Notes under the pieces: model-generated
Database searches by the model: none
The model's input: only the letters and a program-made list of their open reading frames with translations
Told to the model about the DNA's origin: nothing
Shown here: in pieces, positions 26,765 to 38,824 of the stretch
Layout: every line of letters starts with the position of its first letter
Numbering within the stretch: the stretch's first letter is position 1
Position numbers and translations under genes: made by a program
Assembly (NCBI GenBank): GCA_964016885.1
Contig: OZ024741.1
Span: 282,844,001 to 282,908,000 of the forward strand
Length of the DNA stretch: 64,000 nt
Direction: 5' to 3'
Source: Eledone cirrhosa
Taxonomy: Eukaryota

Positions 26765-27430
26765 TCTTCTTCTTCACCCACTTATTTCTGAGAGGGTCGT
26801 GGGGGCAGAGTCCTTCTCAAACACTCCTTCCAGCGAGTCTGTAAGTAGCAAACATCTCTAACTGATCCAGCTGGATCCCAAAGTGTGACCAGTCTAGCTC
26901 ATAGATGTTATCCAACTATCTTGCTCAGGGTCTACCTCTGGGTCTCTTGCCAGTTTGTTTTACCTGTAAAATGTGTCCAGCGATTCTTTACTGAGACATT
27001 CTAACCACATGCTCATAATATCGGAGTTGTGATCTCTCAATTCGGAGAAGTAGCGGCTCTACCAGGAGTGACTCTCTGGTCTCTGAGCTATGCACTTTCT
27101 TGAGTAACGTTACTCCAAAGACCCTTCGGAGGAATCCCATTTCTGCCACTTTTATTTGCAATTGTATTCTTTTGGTCATTACTCAAGATTCATGATCCTC
27201 GGTAAGAGTTGGCAGGAATACCAGGAAGACAGCGAGTTTGGCTTTTACACCTACCTCCTTCATCTGATTGCTGAATGCTGAGGCTGGCGCATTACTGCAT
27301 CAGCTTTTGCAATTCTTGCTTTTAATTCAGCCTCCTGCATTCTATCACTCATGAACACGGCTCCAAGATACTTGAACATTTTTAACTGCTTCAGTAGAAC
27401 TCCATTCATATGTATATAAATTTGAGGGAC
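26765..27430 (-). pseudogene. RTE-clade LINE 3' fragment
   Basis: FKYLGAVF, AEMGFLRRV, LRIERSQLRY..HVVRM; same family as 50440-51950. Confidence 0.8.
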
Positions 27431-27574
27431 TTCTGTCCACCTGTCCATCACGCAATGTGTATGTGTGTTTGAAAGGGATACACACATATATATGTCTAAC
27501 TTAAAAACAGTGACACACGTGTCTCTAATTTAAGAACGCTGACAAACTCACGCGCACGCACATACCTACACTGT

Positions 27575-28020
27575 CCTATTACCACTTAAGAGCTTTGGCC
27601 CGGGCAAACATCCCCTCAATTTTGGAACCGTCTGGGTTGTCCTGAATTGATGGGAAAAGACTTGACGGTCTTACTCTGTGCTCCTGGTCAAGAGGCAGGG
27701 GCTTTACCTGGGATGTCACAGTTAGTGACTCTTTTGCTTCTTCCCACACTCTGGATGCAGCGGTAAGGGCGAGAGCTACAGCATCCGCAACTGAACGGAA
27801 CAAAATCCTAAAATATCGTGTTCTGTCAGCTAACTACATTATCCAGCCTGTGGCGTTCGAGACGTTTGGGGGATTCAGGCTACTGACAGCGAGATTCTTA
27901 TCTTCACTGGCGGCTCGCCAAACAGAGGTAACTGGTGATGCTCGTGGGGGCACTTGGTTGTTTCAGCACCTCAGTGTCGCCATCACCCCCAGGTAACGCT
28001 GCGAGCGTGCTGGCCTGCCT
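27575..28020 (+). pseudogene. CRE-clade REL endonuclease fragment
   Basis: RALARANIPSILEPSGL..DGKRLDGLTLCSWSRGRGFTWDVTV...KILKY...PVAFETFG...LFQHLSVAI..GNAASVL (translated by hand). Confidence 0.8.
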
Positions 28021-28062
28021 CAAAAATTATATTTAGTACATAAATTATGTAATATTCATTCA

Positions 28063-28246
28063 TTGGATTGGCTGTATCGGTAGAGGGTCGGACGCCATGC
28101 TTTGATGCATAGAGTTACGGCCCTTGCCATTCTGAGTTCAAATCCCCCAAGGTTAACTTTGCCTTTCATCCTTATGGGGTCGATAAAATAAAGTACCAGT
28201 AATACACTGGGTAATTGCTGGCCTTGTGCCAAAAGTAGAAACAATT
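28063..28246 (+). mobile_element. tRNA-derived SINE (family A) nested in a Helitron-like element
   Basis: The flanks rejoin to match the uninterrupted sequence at 10250-10373. Confidence 0.8.
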
Positions 28247-28749
28247 ATTTATTCAAAGTAATCCAACTTATTTTATTAACTGGATTAAAAGAAATAAACC
28301 GTACGCAGTCTCGCAGACCTTACTTTATTATAGTTTAGATTATGTTATTACGTTGTAAAGAAGTATAATGGTTATATATATATATATATATAAAACAGAG
28401 GATGTCTGTCTGTGTGTCTGTTTCCCTAAAACTCGAGAAGTACCCAACCGTTTTTTTTCAAACTCTACACATGTAACCCGTATGACCCCGAAAGTGTTTT
28501 GAGCTAAAAGAAATTCAAATTATTCTGACCTAGGGATCAAATTAGTGAAGTGGCCAATGTCTGTACATAATGAGGGAGTGAGAGAGGAGAGAAAAAAACG
28601 GAGAGGCTAAGTGAATCTCTACTCCTCCTCCTCCTTCTCCTCATTCGTCACAGCGTTTTTTGATAGAGGGGAGAAATGTGAACGAGTTACAGAGAGAAAG
28701 AGTGAGAGTAAAAGAAACAGACAGACTAATAGCGGGAGAGAGAGAGAGA

Positions 28750-28796
<47 letters not shown>

Positions 28797-29259
28797 GCCG
28801 TCTTTTGAGAATTGTATGCGTCAAAGATACATGACAGTGGAATAACTATTGCGTGTGTGTGTACGTGCGCGCGTGTGTGCGTGAGTTTGTGTGAGTTTGC
28901 ATGCGTGAGTGTGTATGTGTGCGTGAGTGATTATAAACTCTTTCACATGGTCTGATGGAATTAACCCTTTAGCATTTACATTAGTCTATATATACTATAT
29001 TATTTTCATGGTAAAGGCTTTATCTCACATAATATAAAAATCTCATAGATTTAATATTATTTATTTTGAGAACAATACCTTAACCCTTTAGTATTAATGT
29101 GAGTGAGTTATAAAGAGAAAGAGTGAGAGTGAAAGAAACAGACAGACTAAAAGAGGGGGATAGCGGGAGAGAGAGAGAGAGATGCTGGAAGAGGGGAAGG
29201 AAAGCTATATGTCTTGCTGTCTGCATTACGATACATATATACACACACACACACTGATC

Positions 29260-29713
29260 GCGTCATAATGACGTAATGCAGACAGCCAGACATACAGACA
29301 GATATTATAAGGGCGCAACGTTATATCTATGTATCTATCTAAAAAGAAAGACTAAGAATTATAGACATAGATCGCTAAATCGCCTAATGCGGTCCCTAGG
29401 GCATTGAAAATTTGAAATATTATTTGCTCAAAACACTCACAGGACCATAAGTATTACATGTGTAAAGTTTGAAAACAATCGTTTGGGTGGTTCTCAAGTT
29501 TTAGTGAGCTGACAGACAGACAGACAGACATTCTCTGTTTTAGATATATAGATATATATATAATTATATATTCGTGTACAGATATTTTTGCATACACAAT
29601 AACAAAATATAAATAAACGTATTTATTTCATGAGGCTCAATAAGGATAAATATATATCAAATATATAAGAACGCTAGAGCAAATCCCGAGTAACGCCGGG
29701 CCATTCTGCTAGT
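29260..29713. mobile_element. Composite of Helitron-like termini
   Basis: Copy of 545-835, followed by a 3' end with a CCCGAGTAACGCCGGG hairpin and CTAG|T. Confidence 0.55.
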
Positions 29714-30189
29714 TTCTAATAAATATCTATTATGACTGAGGTAAAATAGACGAAATAGTGTGCGCAGAAATAGTTGATGCGCATACTAACTCAACGCTTT
29801 ACGAAAACGTAACGATATGCATAATTCCCAGTCCTTATGGCAATTGAAATCTGAATGTACTATACATGGAGAATTATAAATATAACAAAAGCTTTCCCAA
29901 GGGACTCAAGATACATTTTAAAGTAAAATTTTGTCAAATACCAATTGTTTAGAGCACGACTAAATGCCGCTGTGAAAATCTGCAAAAATGCAGCAGGTAT
30001 GTTATTCCTTGTGCTTTTCAGGGAAACCAGCGACATACCTTTTGGCAAAATGTATCTGTACAATACTCTAGTTGGCTTTTTGAAGCAAAAGAAAGAAAAA
30101 CTATTCTTCAATCTAAAACCACTGACTGCGATAGCAGAAGATTTGTAAGGTGAATGAACAACAAATAAATACGAATCTAATGCATGAAT

Positions 30190-30900
30190 GCATACATACA
30201 TACACACATACATACATACACACACATACATACATACACACACATACACACATACGTACGGAAGCACAAACGCACGCACACATACATACATGGTGGCTGC
30301 CAACTCGTTTTCGAGTACGGCCACTACTTTATATCCATGTAGGAGAACCTCTACCGATGCGCTGAACGAGTGTGACTTTTTAGTCCAGTCAGCGACTTGA
30401 AAACTCTGGTACAAACACTACAATTGTGGCAATTATTGACACATAATGCTGGGCCCATGGTACCATGTGACGACAAGTGCAGAGAGATCTCCAGATATAA
30501 AGCAATGCCTGTGCCGTGAAGCTTTTATAGTGAGCAAAGGCACTGCACAAAGCCAGTCCCACTCTCTTAACCAAGATGATATTTAACAAAAAGAAGAACA
30601 AGTCAACATCATTGGATACCATCAGAGTTGCAGGTGTTATATCAGAGTTTTCCTTCTCCTAGAATTCTGCCTTGACAAAGGCTAAGGGGTCATCGCTCCC
30701 GGTGATTTTGGATGGCCATTGACTCTTAAGAGCTCCTTTGCCCTTTGACAGGTTTTGCTTTTAGTCCTGCAGGATGTCCAAAGTCACCCTCCTCACCAAG
30801 AAACCTTGGTGGGGTTGCCAGTTTAGTCGCCAACGACCCGACGATGAGACAGGTTGTACTGGGATACATGTTACCAGTAGCACCAACTTGTGGCCTGACA
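30190..30900 (-). mobile_element. Bipartite non-autonomous RTE-derived element (family B) with (TATG)n tail
   Basis: RTE-like 5' UTR (TAGGAGAAGGAAAACTCTGA) is joined to an RTE C-terminal C2H2 finger (CSVCTRVFKSLTGLKSHTRSAH*) and a microsatellite tail. Confidence 0.7.
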
Positions 30901-30984
30901 TACATACATACATACATACATACATACATACATACATACATACATACATACATACATACATACATACATACATGCATACATAAA

Positions 30985-31292
30985 AGAAGGCATGCACAGT
31001 AGTGGAAGTTAGCTGCCCAGCAGATGCCAATATAATATCAAAGATTAGCGAAAAGGAGAATATTTATGCAGAACTAATGAGAAATCTGCAGATACTCCAT
31101 CCTAACTCTACCTTTAGATTTTTGCATGTGATTATTGGAGCACTGGGATATGTTAGTAACTGCCTCAATACAAATCTTGAGAAGCTGGGCTTCACAGAAA
31201 CAGAAAGAACACAACTAGTTAGGAAATTACAAGTACAATCCATTAATGGAACAGTAAAAATATGTAAAACATTCCCAAAATTTTGCTTCTAA
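30985..31292 (+). pseudogene. R4-clade REL 3' fragment
   Basis: VVEVSCPAD...KENIYAEL...VIIGALG. Confidence 0.75.
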
Positions 31293-32707
31293 TAACTGCA
31301 TATACATATGTACAGATACAAAGCGTATGTACATGCACACATACAACTCAAAACATCCACATCCACACATACAATAACATCCATACCTGCACACACATGC
31401 ATGCATGCAGACATGCATACATATCTACCTAGTTGTTGTGTAAATTCCAATGAGAGAGTCTTGTAACTATGTTAGAAACCGACTCTTTCTTTATTGGCAA
31501 AAATTTATGAAATTATAAAACCAGAACATACATACATTGTGGTTATGTGCAATTTAAGTGCGCCAGTATGACAGAAACGGAGAAGTGTTGAAATATATAC
31601 AATATAAAATTTAAATTTTTTCCTCTATGTTCTGTGTATAAATCCCGTTGGTGTACCGTTATCTCCTCAAAGATCTTAATCTAGCATTGACACTAGCCAA
31701 GTATCATCACAGGACTGTGATTATACTTAGCTAGTGTTGAAGTTACCTTCTTTTGTCTCTCTTGATAAATACCGTCATTAAAACTATTGACTTTTCTCTT
31801 CGTTACAGATGTGATTTTAACTGGTTTCACATCTGGGGCGGGATGGGGTCACTCTAATTTAATCTTTCATTACCATATTTCTAATGAAAATACTACCTAT
31901 AATTTTCAAATAATTTTGAAAATAATCAAGAATTTGGAGAGATTTAGCAATATACCTAACTTTCTCATAATTAAGTTGTTAGTATTTAGTTATGGTTTTC
32001 AAATTCCTGAGTTCTAATCCCGCGGAGGTCAACTTTGCTTTTGATCCTTCCGGAGTCAATAGAATAAAGTACCATAATTATGATCGAAGGTTTTTAGATA
32101 AATATAAATACTTTTCAATAATCAACTTTACATCGTAGAACCAGGGTTGGTTTGGTATCACACAGGGGAATTCTCTGGGAAATTTCCCCATTGAATCATT
32201 AACAAGTCAGTTGACTTAGTCAGCAAGCATGTATCGATGCAGCGCAATGTTTGGTAACGAGATACGAGCCATTGATTCTTCAGTCGGAAGTCCAACACTT
32301 TATCGACTCGGCTAGCAAGCTGCAACGTCTACCTTATGGAATTAGGAAACAACTCCATCAGACCTTTTCCTATTCTGAAGTTTCTGACTGGTGAATCGTC
32401 ATGTGATTTATACAGAATTAAAGTAAATAAATAGATAATGAACTGTAAAAACACGCCATGTATGTATGTTTGTTTATATATATATATGTCTGCAACTCTT
32501 TAAAATGTATACACACTAACATACACATAATGTATTTCCTATATCAGTCATTGTTACAATAAAAAGGTCACTTTCCATTTGTCCCTGTAAATAATTATTT
32601 CTCTAAAGTTACTCATATAATTAATCCTGTATATCATATGCTGATTATATGTAATTTTATCCTAGAAATAAACGATTAAAATATCGCTTTTATCTTTCAT
32701 CACTATC

Positions 32708-33566
32708 GGAGAAGCCCTAGACATGGAGGAGGACGAACTGGCCAGCCTGTTCGGTAGGACATTCAGCCCGGGACCTATGGACAACTTCCAGAAGTCCCTG
32801 GCCTGGCAGTGCTACCGAGGGGCTTTACCCGTTCGAGAAAGGCTCTACAGACACGGGCGCCCGGGTAGGGACCCCGCCAAAAAGATCTGTCCCAGATGCG
32901 TGTGCGACGAGGAAACCGTTGCACACGCATTGGTACACTGCTCGGGCGTAGCCGATCTGTGGGGCTATGTCGAACAACTGCTGTCAAGGGTGGGACCGAT
33001 CCGGTTGACCACCGAGTCTATTGTAATGATCAAGCCGCCTCCCCCCTTCAAAGATGAAGCAGAGGCGGTGTTTCTGTGCGTAATAGCCATGGCGAAAGAG
33101 GTTGTATGGTGGACGCGTCTGAAAGGACTGAGGTCATACACCTTTCTCTCTGGCCAACAACTGGTCCGTTTCTTCCGATATCATTTCGGAAGAAGGATCA
33201 GGATGGAGAGAGAGGTGCTCCAACCCAGTCGTTTTTATGAAAGGTGGGTGAAAGTGGCGAGAATGGCCCGTGTGATGGGCCTTCTCTTTACATAAGCCTG
33301 TAGGTGGAAAAGAGGAAGGAACGAGGGAGCACCCCCTCTCTGTGCTCCTGAGGAAAAGGGTTGCACACTTTTTTCGGGGGTGTGTGCGACCCCCCAAGGC
33401 GCCTCCTCTCTATTGAGGATTTTGTTAAAAATTTTATTTTTTGTTATATCTTATTTTATTTTTATAATTTGTTATTGCCTCCTCCTTATTGAGGACGCCT
33501 TTTTGTGTAAACTCCCCCCTTTGTACTTGTCCCACTTTTGATGCCCTAGTGGCAAATAAAAGAAAC
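32708..33566 (+). mobile_element. 5'-truncated Tx1/L1-clade LINE with 18-bp TSD
   Basis: ORF 32723-33295 matches the C-terminus of ORF 60784-61842 (CPRC...HALVHC). TSD TTATCTTTCATCACTATC at 32690-32707 and 33567-33584. Confidence 0.92.
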
Positions 33567-34447
33567 TTATCTTTCATCACTATCACGTGTCAATAATCAA
33601 CATGAACTATAGGTTTTCTCTTGTGTAAACCATAAATCTATCAAAATGCAAATTTCCAAGTTTGTATGACTGTTCATATAGACAGTAATCTTGGTATATA
33701 TAATATACAAGTCCTGGACTCCAAGAATCCAATACATTCAACCGCTGTTGTCATTATTGACGACACACGTTCACTAGTTTATAAATAAATCGCGAAGTAG
33801 GGCTGAGGAAATCGAACAGTTTAAAGTAGATATATAAATTATACAAAATAACAAAACGAATGAATAGTATAAATAGATGACTAACTAAATGATAAAGTAA
33901 ATAAGTAGATAAGCAAATAACTAAATAAAGAAATAGAACAGAATATCAATAATAAAAAGGTTTCGGAATTTGTATTATTCCGATGACTAACTCAAGTGGA
34001 CTGTGGTGTATTTAGCGTGCTGAAGAGAATATATACCATTCAGCAAGAAACATAGTATGGTATATTGATTACGCTGCCAAATCTTTCTAGTGTTTTTCAT
34101 CATTTGTGCAAGTACCTTCAGCAACACAAACGGACGCCGCTGTAACTTTGATGTGAGCGGATTTTTTTTTTTTTTCTTAAAGGGGGTTGGAGAGGTTTTT
34201 TTGCCGTGGACAAACTCATCTGAATTCATGTTCGCCACATAAGAATTGCAGATTTGACCCAGTGAAAATACAGGGGTATAAAAAGGTGGGGAGCATCGGT
34301 CTCAACCGAATGTATTAAATATTCAGGCAGAAAGAGGATGATATATGATAAGGAAAAAAAACAAACAAACATACACACACAAAAAAAAAAAGAATACGTA
34401 TCAAGGAATGTTATATCTGATCGATCTCTCTCCATATACATGTATAA

Positions 34448-34509
<62 letters not shown>

Positions 34510-34773
34510 TTCTGTATGACTGTGTGTGTGTGTAAATAAATATATGTATATGTAAATATATACATATATGCATATATACATATCTGTTGCTGTCATTGAT
34601 GAATTAATTTGTGAGTAAAATGCGCCGCGTGTGTGTCTGTTTGTTCTTCAACATTTTCTCTCTCTCTCTCACACACACACATGTACATACATATGTGTGT
34701 ATAGAGAGGCAGAGAGAGATTATACACATACATACATATGTGTGTGAAGAGAGCGAGAGAGGAGGGGGGTTAT

Positions 34774-34871
<98 letters not shown>

Positions 34872-35399
34872 GCGTGTATATGCAATCGACATAACTAGGA
34901 ATACCGCACATATTTGTGTGTGTGCGTGCACTCTCATGTGTGTGTATGTGGAAGTGTATTAATGTGACTATATAAATTTCTTACTTTGTCTATTTCACCT
35001 TCTACCACACTCTTTATCTCTCTCCCTTTGCCCCTCTATTATCCCTCTCTTTCTCCCCTCATGTATACATGTAATGTTGTGAAGTGTATTGGTCGGGCAG
35101 GCGCATATTATATGCACGAGCGCATGTCAAATGCATGCATTTCAGATGTGTGTGTGTGTGTGTGTGCGAATGCACGTTTGTGTGTGTTTGTGCGGGTGTG
35201 TGTTACTGAATTTCTGAAATGTTTCACATATTTTACAGTTCCATTAATGGACTCTTGTTGCAATTTCCTAACTAGCCATGTTCTTTTTGGCTCTTTGAAG
35301 CCCAGCTTCTTAAGGTTTGTACTGAGACAGTTAGTAACATATCACGGAGACCCAATGTCTAAAAGTATAGTCAGGGTGGAGTATCTACAGATACCTCAT

Positions 35400-36420
35400 T
35401 TGTTCAGCATAAATGTTCTTCTTTTCCCTAATCTTTAGCATTATATTGACATCTACTGGGCAGCTGATTTCCATTACTGTGCATGCCTTCTTTTCTCAGT
35501 CCCATATCACTATGTCTGGTTTGTTGTGTTTGCATTTTATTGAGGTTTTGACTGGAACATTCTGCCAGTACTCTTTCATATTATGTATGCTTATGTCTTC
35601 AACATCACTGTAACTTTTTATGTTTATTCTCAAGGCTATCCTTTCTATGGATTGTATTGCATAGTGTTTTGGCCACTACATCATGCCCCATAGGTAGATA
35701 GTATCATGATGTCAACTTTGGACAGCTGCTTATGCTGTGGGAGACATCTTTGATGTTTATTCCGCAGAGTCTGCATCTGTTGTCACATCTAGATGTTTTA
35801 CCTGGATCCCTATCTCTTTTGTGAATCAGCTATTTTGTGTTGATTTCCTCTTCTTGTATTGCAAAAAGCATGTCTTTCAAAGTGAGAACCAATATAGCTG
35901 TTGTTGATCCAAGAAAGACTACTTTGCTTATCTATATTGCTGTCAATTTGAAGCTTTCTGGCAACATAGCCATGCATGATTTTTTGCTGACAAGCATGTA
36001 AATTTTCATTCATGAATTTCTCAAGGAACTCCTTTCCAACTCTTGTGATGTTATCTTCCTCATGTACTCAGACTTGTTCAATAGATGGGCTTCTATGCTT
36101 GGTTGTTCGTAGATGTGGTTGGAAGGATATGATGTGACACTCAAATGCTGTCTGGACTGATGTTAGGCCTTGGCCTCCCAGTTTACATTTCAGATAGAGG
36201 CGGTCTATGTCACTGTTGATGTGGAAATTTCAGATGTTGGATAGGATTTTCCGGTTTTAACATCTATGGCTTGGATTTTATCTATCGTTCAGTCAAATAG
36301 CCCAAATGTTAGTGTCAGGGCAGGCACAGCAACCACATTGTGGGCCACTGATTTATTGTGCACAGAGAGTTCAGATGATCATATTTTTCTGAATCAGGTG
36401 TTATATTCCCTGGCTACTGG
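35400..36420 (-). pseudogene. Decayed R4-clade LINE 3' part
   Basis: FHINSDIDRLYL, AIQEEEINTK, HSISSCPKL..YYLPM.HDVVA and PDIVIWD on the minus strand. Confidence 0.7.
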
Positions 36421-36442
36421 TTCCTTATATGTATGTATGTAT

Positions 36443-36690
36443 GTCGTCACATGGTACCATGTACACTGTGTCAATAATTGTCACAAGTGTAGTGTTTGTG
36501 CCAGAGTTTTCAAGTCGCTGGCTGGACTAAAAAGTCACACTCGTTCAGCGCATCGGTAGGAGTTCTCCTACATGGATATAAAGTAGTGGCCGTACTCGAA
36601 AAGGAGTTGGCAGCCACCATGTATGTATGTATGTATGTATGTATGTATGTATGTATGTATGTATGTATGTATGTATGTATGTATGTATAT
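36443..36690 (+). mobile_element. Family B 3' end (C2H2 finger and (TATG)n tail)
   Basis: Near-identical reverse complement of 30190-30475. Confidence 0.8.
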
Positions 36691-37319
36691 ATGTTTGTAT
36701 ATGACATTGCAGGACAAAAAAACAAAACCTGACAAAGGGCGGAAGAACTCATAAGAGGCCATCCAAAAATGTGTAAATATGTATATACATGAATGCATGT
36801 GTATATATGTATATACATATATGCATGTGTATGTATATAGAAATAATCATAGAAATAATCGAGCTGGATACCCAATCGTGCGGTTAAACCACTGGGAGTG
36901 AAGACCCCTAGCCTTTGTCAGGGCATTCTTCTAGGAGAAAGCAACTCAGGAAACTGGGATAACTCCGACATAAAACCTGCAGCTCAGTAGTTACCGATGA
37001 TGTTGATCTTTTCACTGTCGCTCAGAGACTGGGATTGGCTCAGTGCAGTCTTTCCTCACTTTAAAAATAATCTTCACGCACAGGCATTGCACGATAGCAT
37101 TAATTAATAATTATTAATAATCTTATATCGTGCACTAGCCATACTGGCTAACGAGTGGGCGGCAGCCATCATATATACATATGTATGTGTGCATGTATTA
37201 TGTATATATGTGTGTGTATCCATGCATGCTTCACAATGCACACATTCGACAAAGCTTATAGGAAACTTCCCTTCTTCACCCCCAGTCACATGACTATGTA
37301 CACCAAAATATTGTCAATG

Positions 37320-38340
37320 TAGGAATTGTTGGCCCATGATCTTTGATACCAAATTCAACCTGAACCCAAGCCTGGTCAGGCAGTATGTCTGGCCCATATA
37401 CCTAACCAGCTGATATTGTCAGTTCCTCAACTACATATAGCTGCAGATATGCCGACTTTAAGTCAACAATTGTGGAGGCCCCACCATTTATCTCCACTCT
37501 CGCAAGGTTTCTCCGCAGACATCTGTTAACCTCACTGCCTATCAGCAGGGTATGCTGATAGCAGCTCACTCTGTTCTTCAATGTTGGGGGCTCTCCTTTC
37601 CAGTACCACTCAACTACTCACTGCTGACTGTCTTGTATGGTATGATCAGCGCATTTTTCTTCATGGCTCTCTCCTCTCCATTCCCTGTTGTACACTCACG
37701 GCACATGGTGTTCCTGCACTAACAAATGTTACCTTGTCCTCACTCACTCTAACGCCTCCTAAGCGGCTAATTGCATTCATGCCCAATACCACATCAATTC
37801 CATCTACCACTTGGTGGATCACGATTGCTTGCAGTCTTATCTTTATTCCTCATATACCCATCTCCGCCTCGCTGCTACCTCTGCATCTAATATCTCTGTA
37901 GCTGACTGCCCTTACACTATTCATCCTGCTGCATTTTTTAACCAACCTCGGGGTTACTAAGGTTGTTGTGCAGCCCATGTTCACAAGCTTCTCTCTTACC
38001 AGAACCTCCACAACAGGTAGCAACTGCAAGAATGTCTCTATTTGCTTCTGGGGGTAGCTACCAATGCAGTAACTTCCCTTTGACCGTTTCCCTGGTCACA
38101 ATTGCTGGCAATGTAGCCTGCCTGCTTACATCAGTAGCAAATTATTTCAGGCTTCGGCTCTGCACAGTCCCTTGCCATTTACAGACCCTGACACCTAAAG
38201 CACTGGCCTTTGAATGTCCATGGGTGAGCGTTCATGGGGACTATTCTCCCCTCCTCTTTCATTAATCGCTGTCGACTGCTATAGGCTTCCTTCGCTGCTA
38301 ACACCACATTTTCCTCAATGCCTCAGGTCCCTATGTGGGC
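37320..38340 (-). pseudogene. Gypsy-like LTR retrotransposon remnant (gag knuckle, protease, partial RT)
   Basis: Minus strand: CYLLW/CGGSG knuckle-like stretch, DGIDVVLGMNAI, TIVDLKSAYLQL and YCLTRLGF. Confidence 0.6.
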
Positions 38341-38520
38341 CTGTGTGATTGCAACACGTTTCACCATGTGCTCTACTAACAGCTTCATATGTATGATATA
38401 TATTCAACTTGTCCCCTTAGTAACTCAACGATACGACACCTTGATCACCATGTGGTCTAGCAATGAAATGGTATCTATGATATATTTTCCACTTGTCCCC
38501 TTATTTCTATGAAGAATTCG

Positions 38521-38618
38521 CCTCCTGATGAAGGAACTTCAATTCTTCCAATATTGGTTATTCCAATGTCTTGGAATTTCTGATGTTTTGTCTTGAGTTC
38601 CAGAAACCATGGTTGGGG
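38521..38618 (+). ncRNA. Type I hammerhead motif with 71-nt stem II
   Basis: CCTC-CTGATGA-aGGAACT...AGTTCCa-GAAAC-CATG-GTT-GGGG; palindromic ACCATGGT. Confidence 0.7.
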
Positions 38619-38824
38619 TATTATATAAATTAAAACCTTTTTTTTTTATAGCCGATTTGGCTTGAATCTCACCCAAATGAGATTTTGGCTTAAGTTTAAT
38701 ATATTTTAATACTTCTCTGGGTGGATTATTTATTAATATATCTTATCCTTTCATTGAGATGTTTACATATTAGAGACAGTTAACTTTATAGAATTATGAA
38801 TTAATATATATATATATATATATA

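Noticed and set aside
31785-31920. Possible host exon after a polypyrimidine tract and CAG
   Set aside because: No clear donor site, no recognisable protein and no partner exons; would need RNA-seq.
32165-32290. CTGAAGA...GAAA on the minus strand
   Set aside because: No stem I partner and no valid NUH/stem III arrangement.
34270-34290. TATA-box-like GGGGTATAAAAAGG
   Set aside because: No supportable downstream gene; such motifs are common in AT-rich DNA.
36266-36559. C2H2 zinc-finger host gene
   Set aside because: A single finger that belongs to the repeated RTE 3' end; the ORF is a chimera with antisense R4 sequence.
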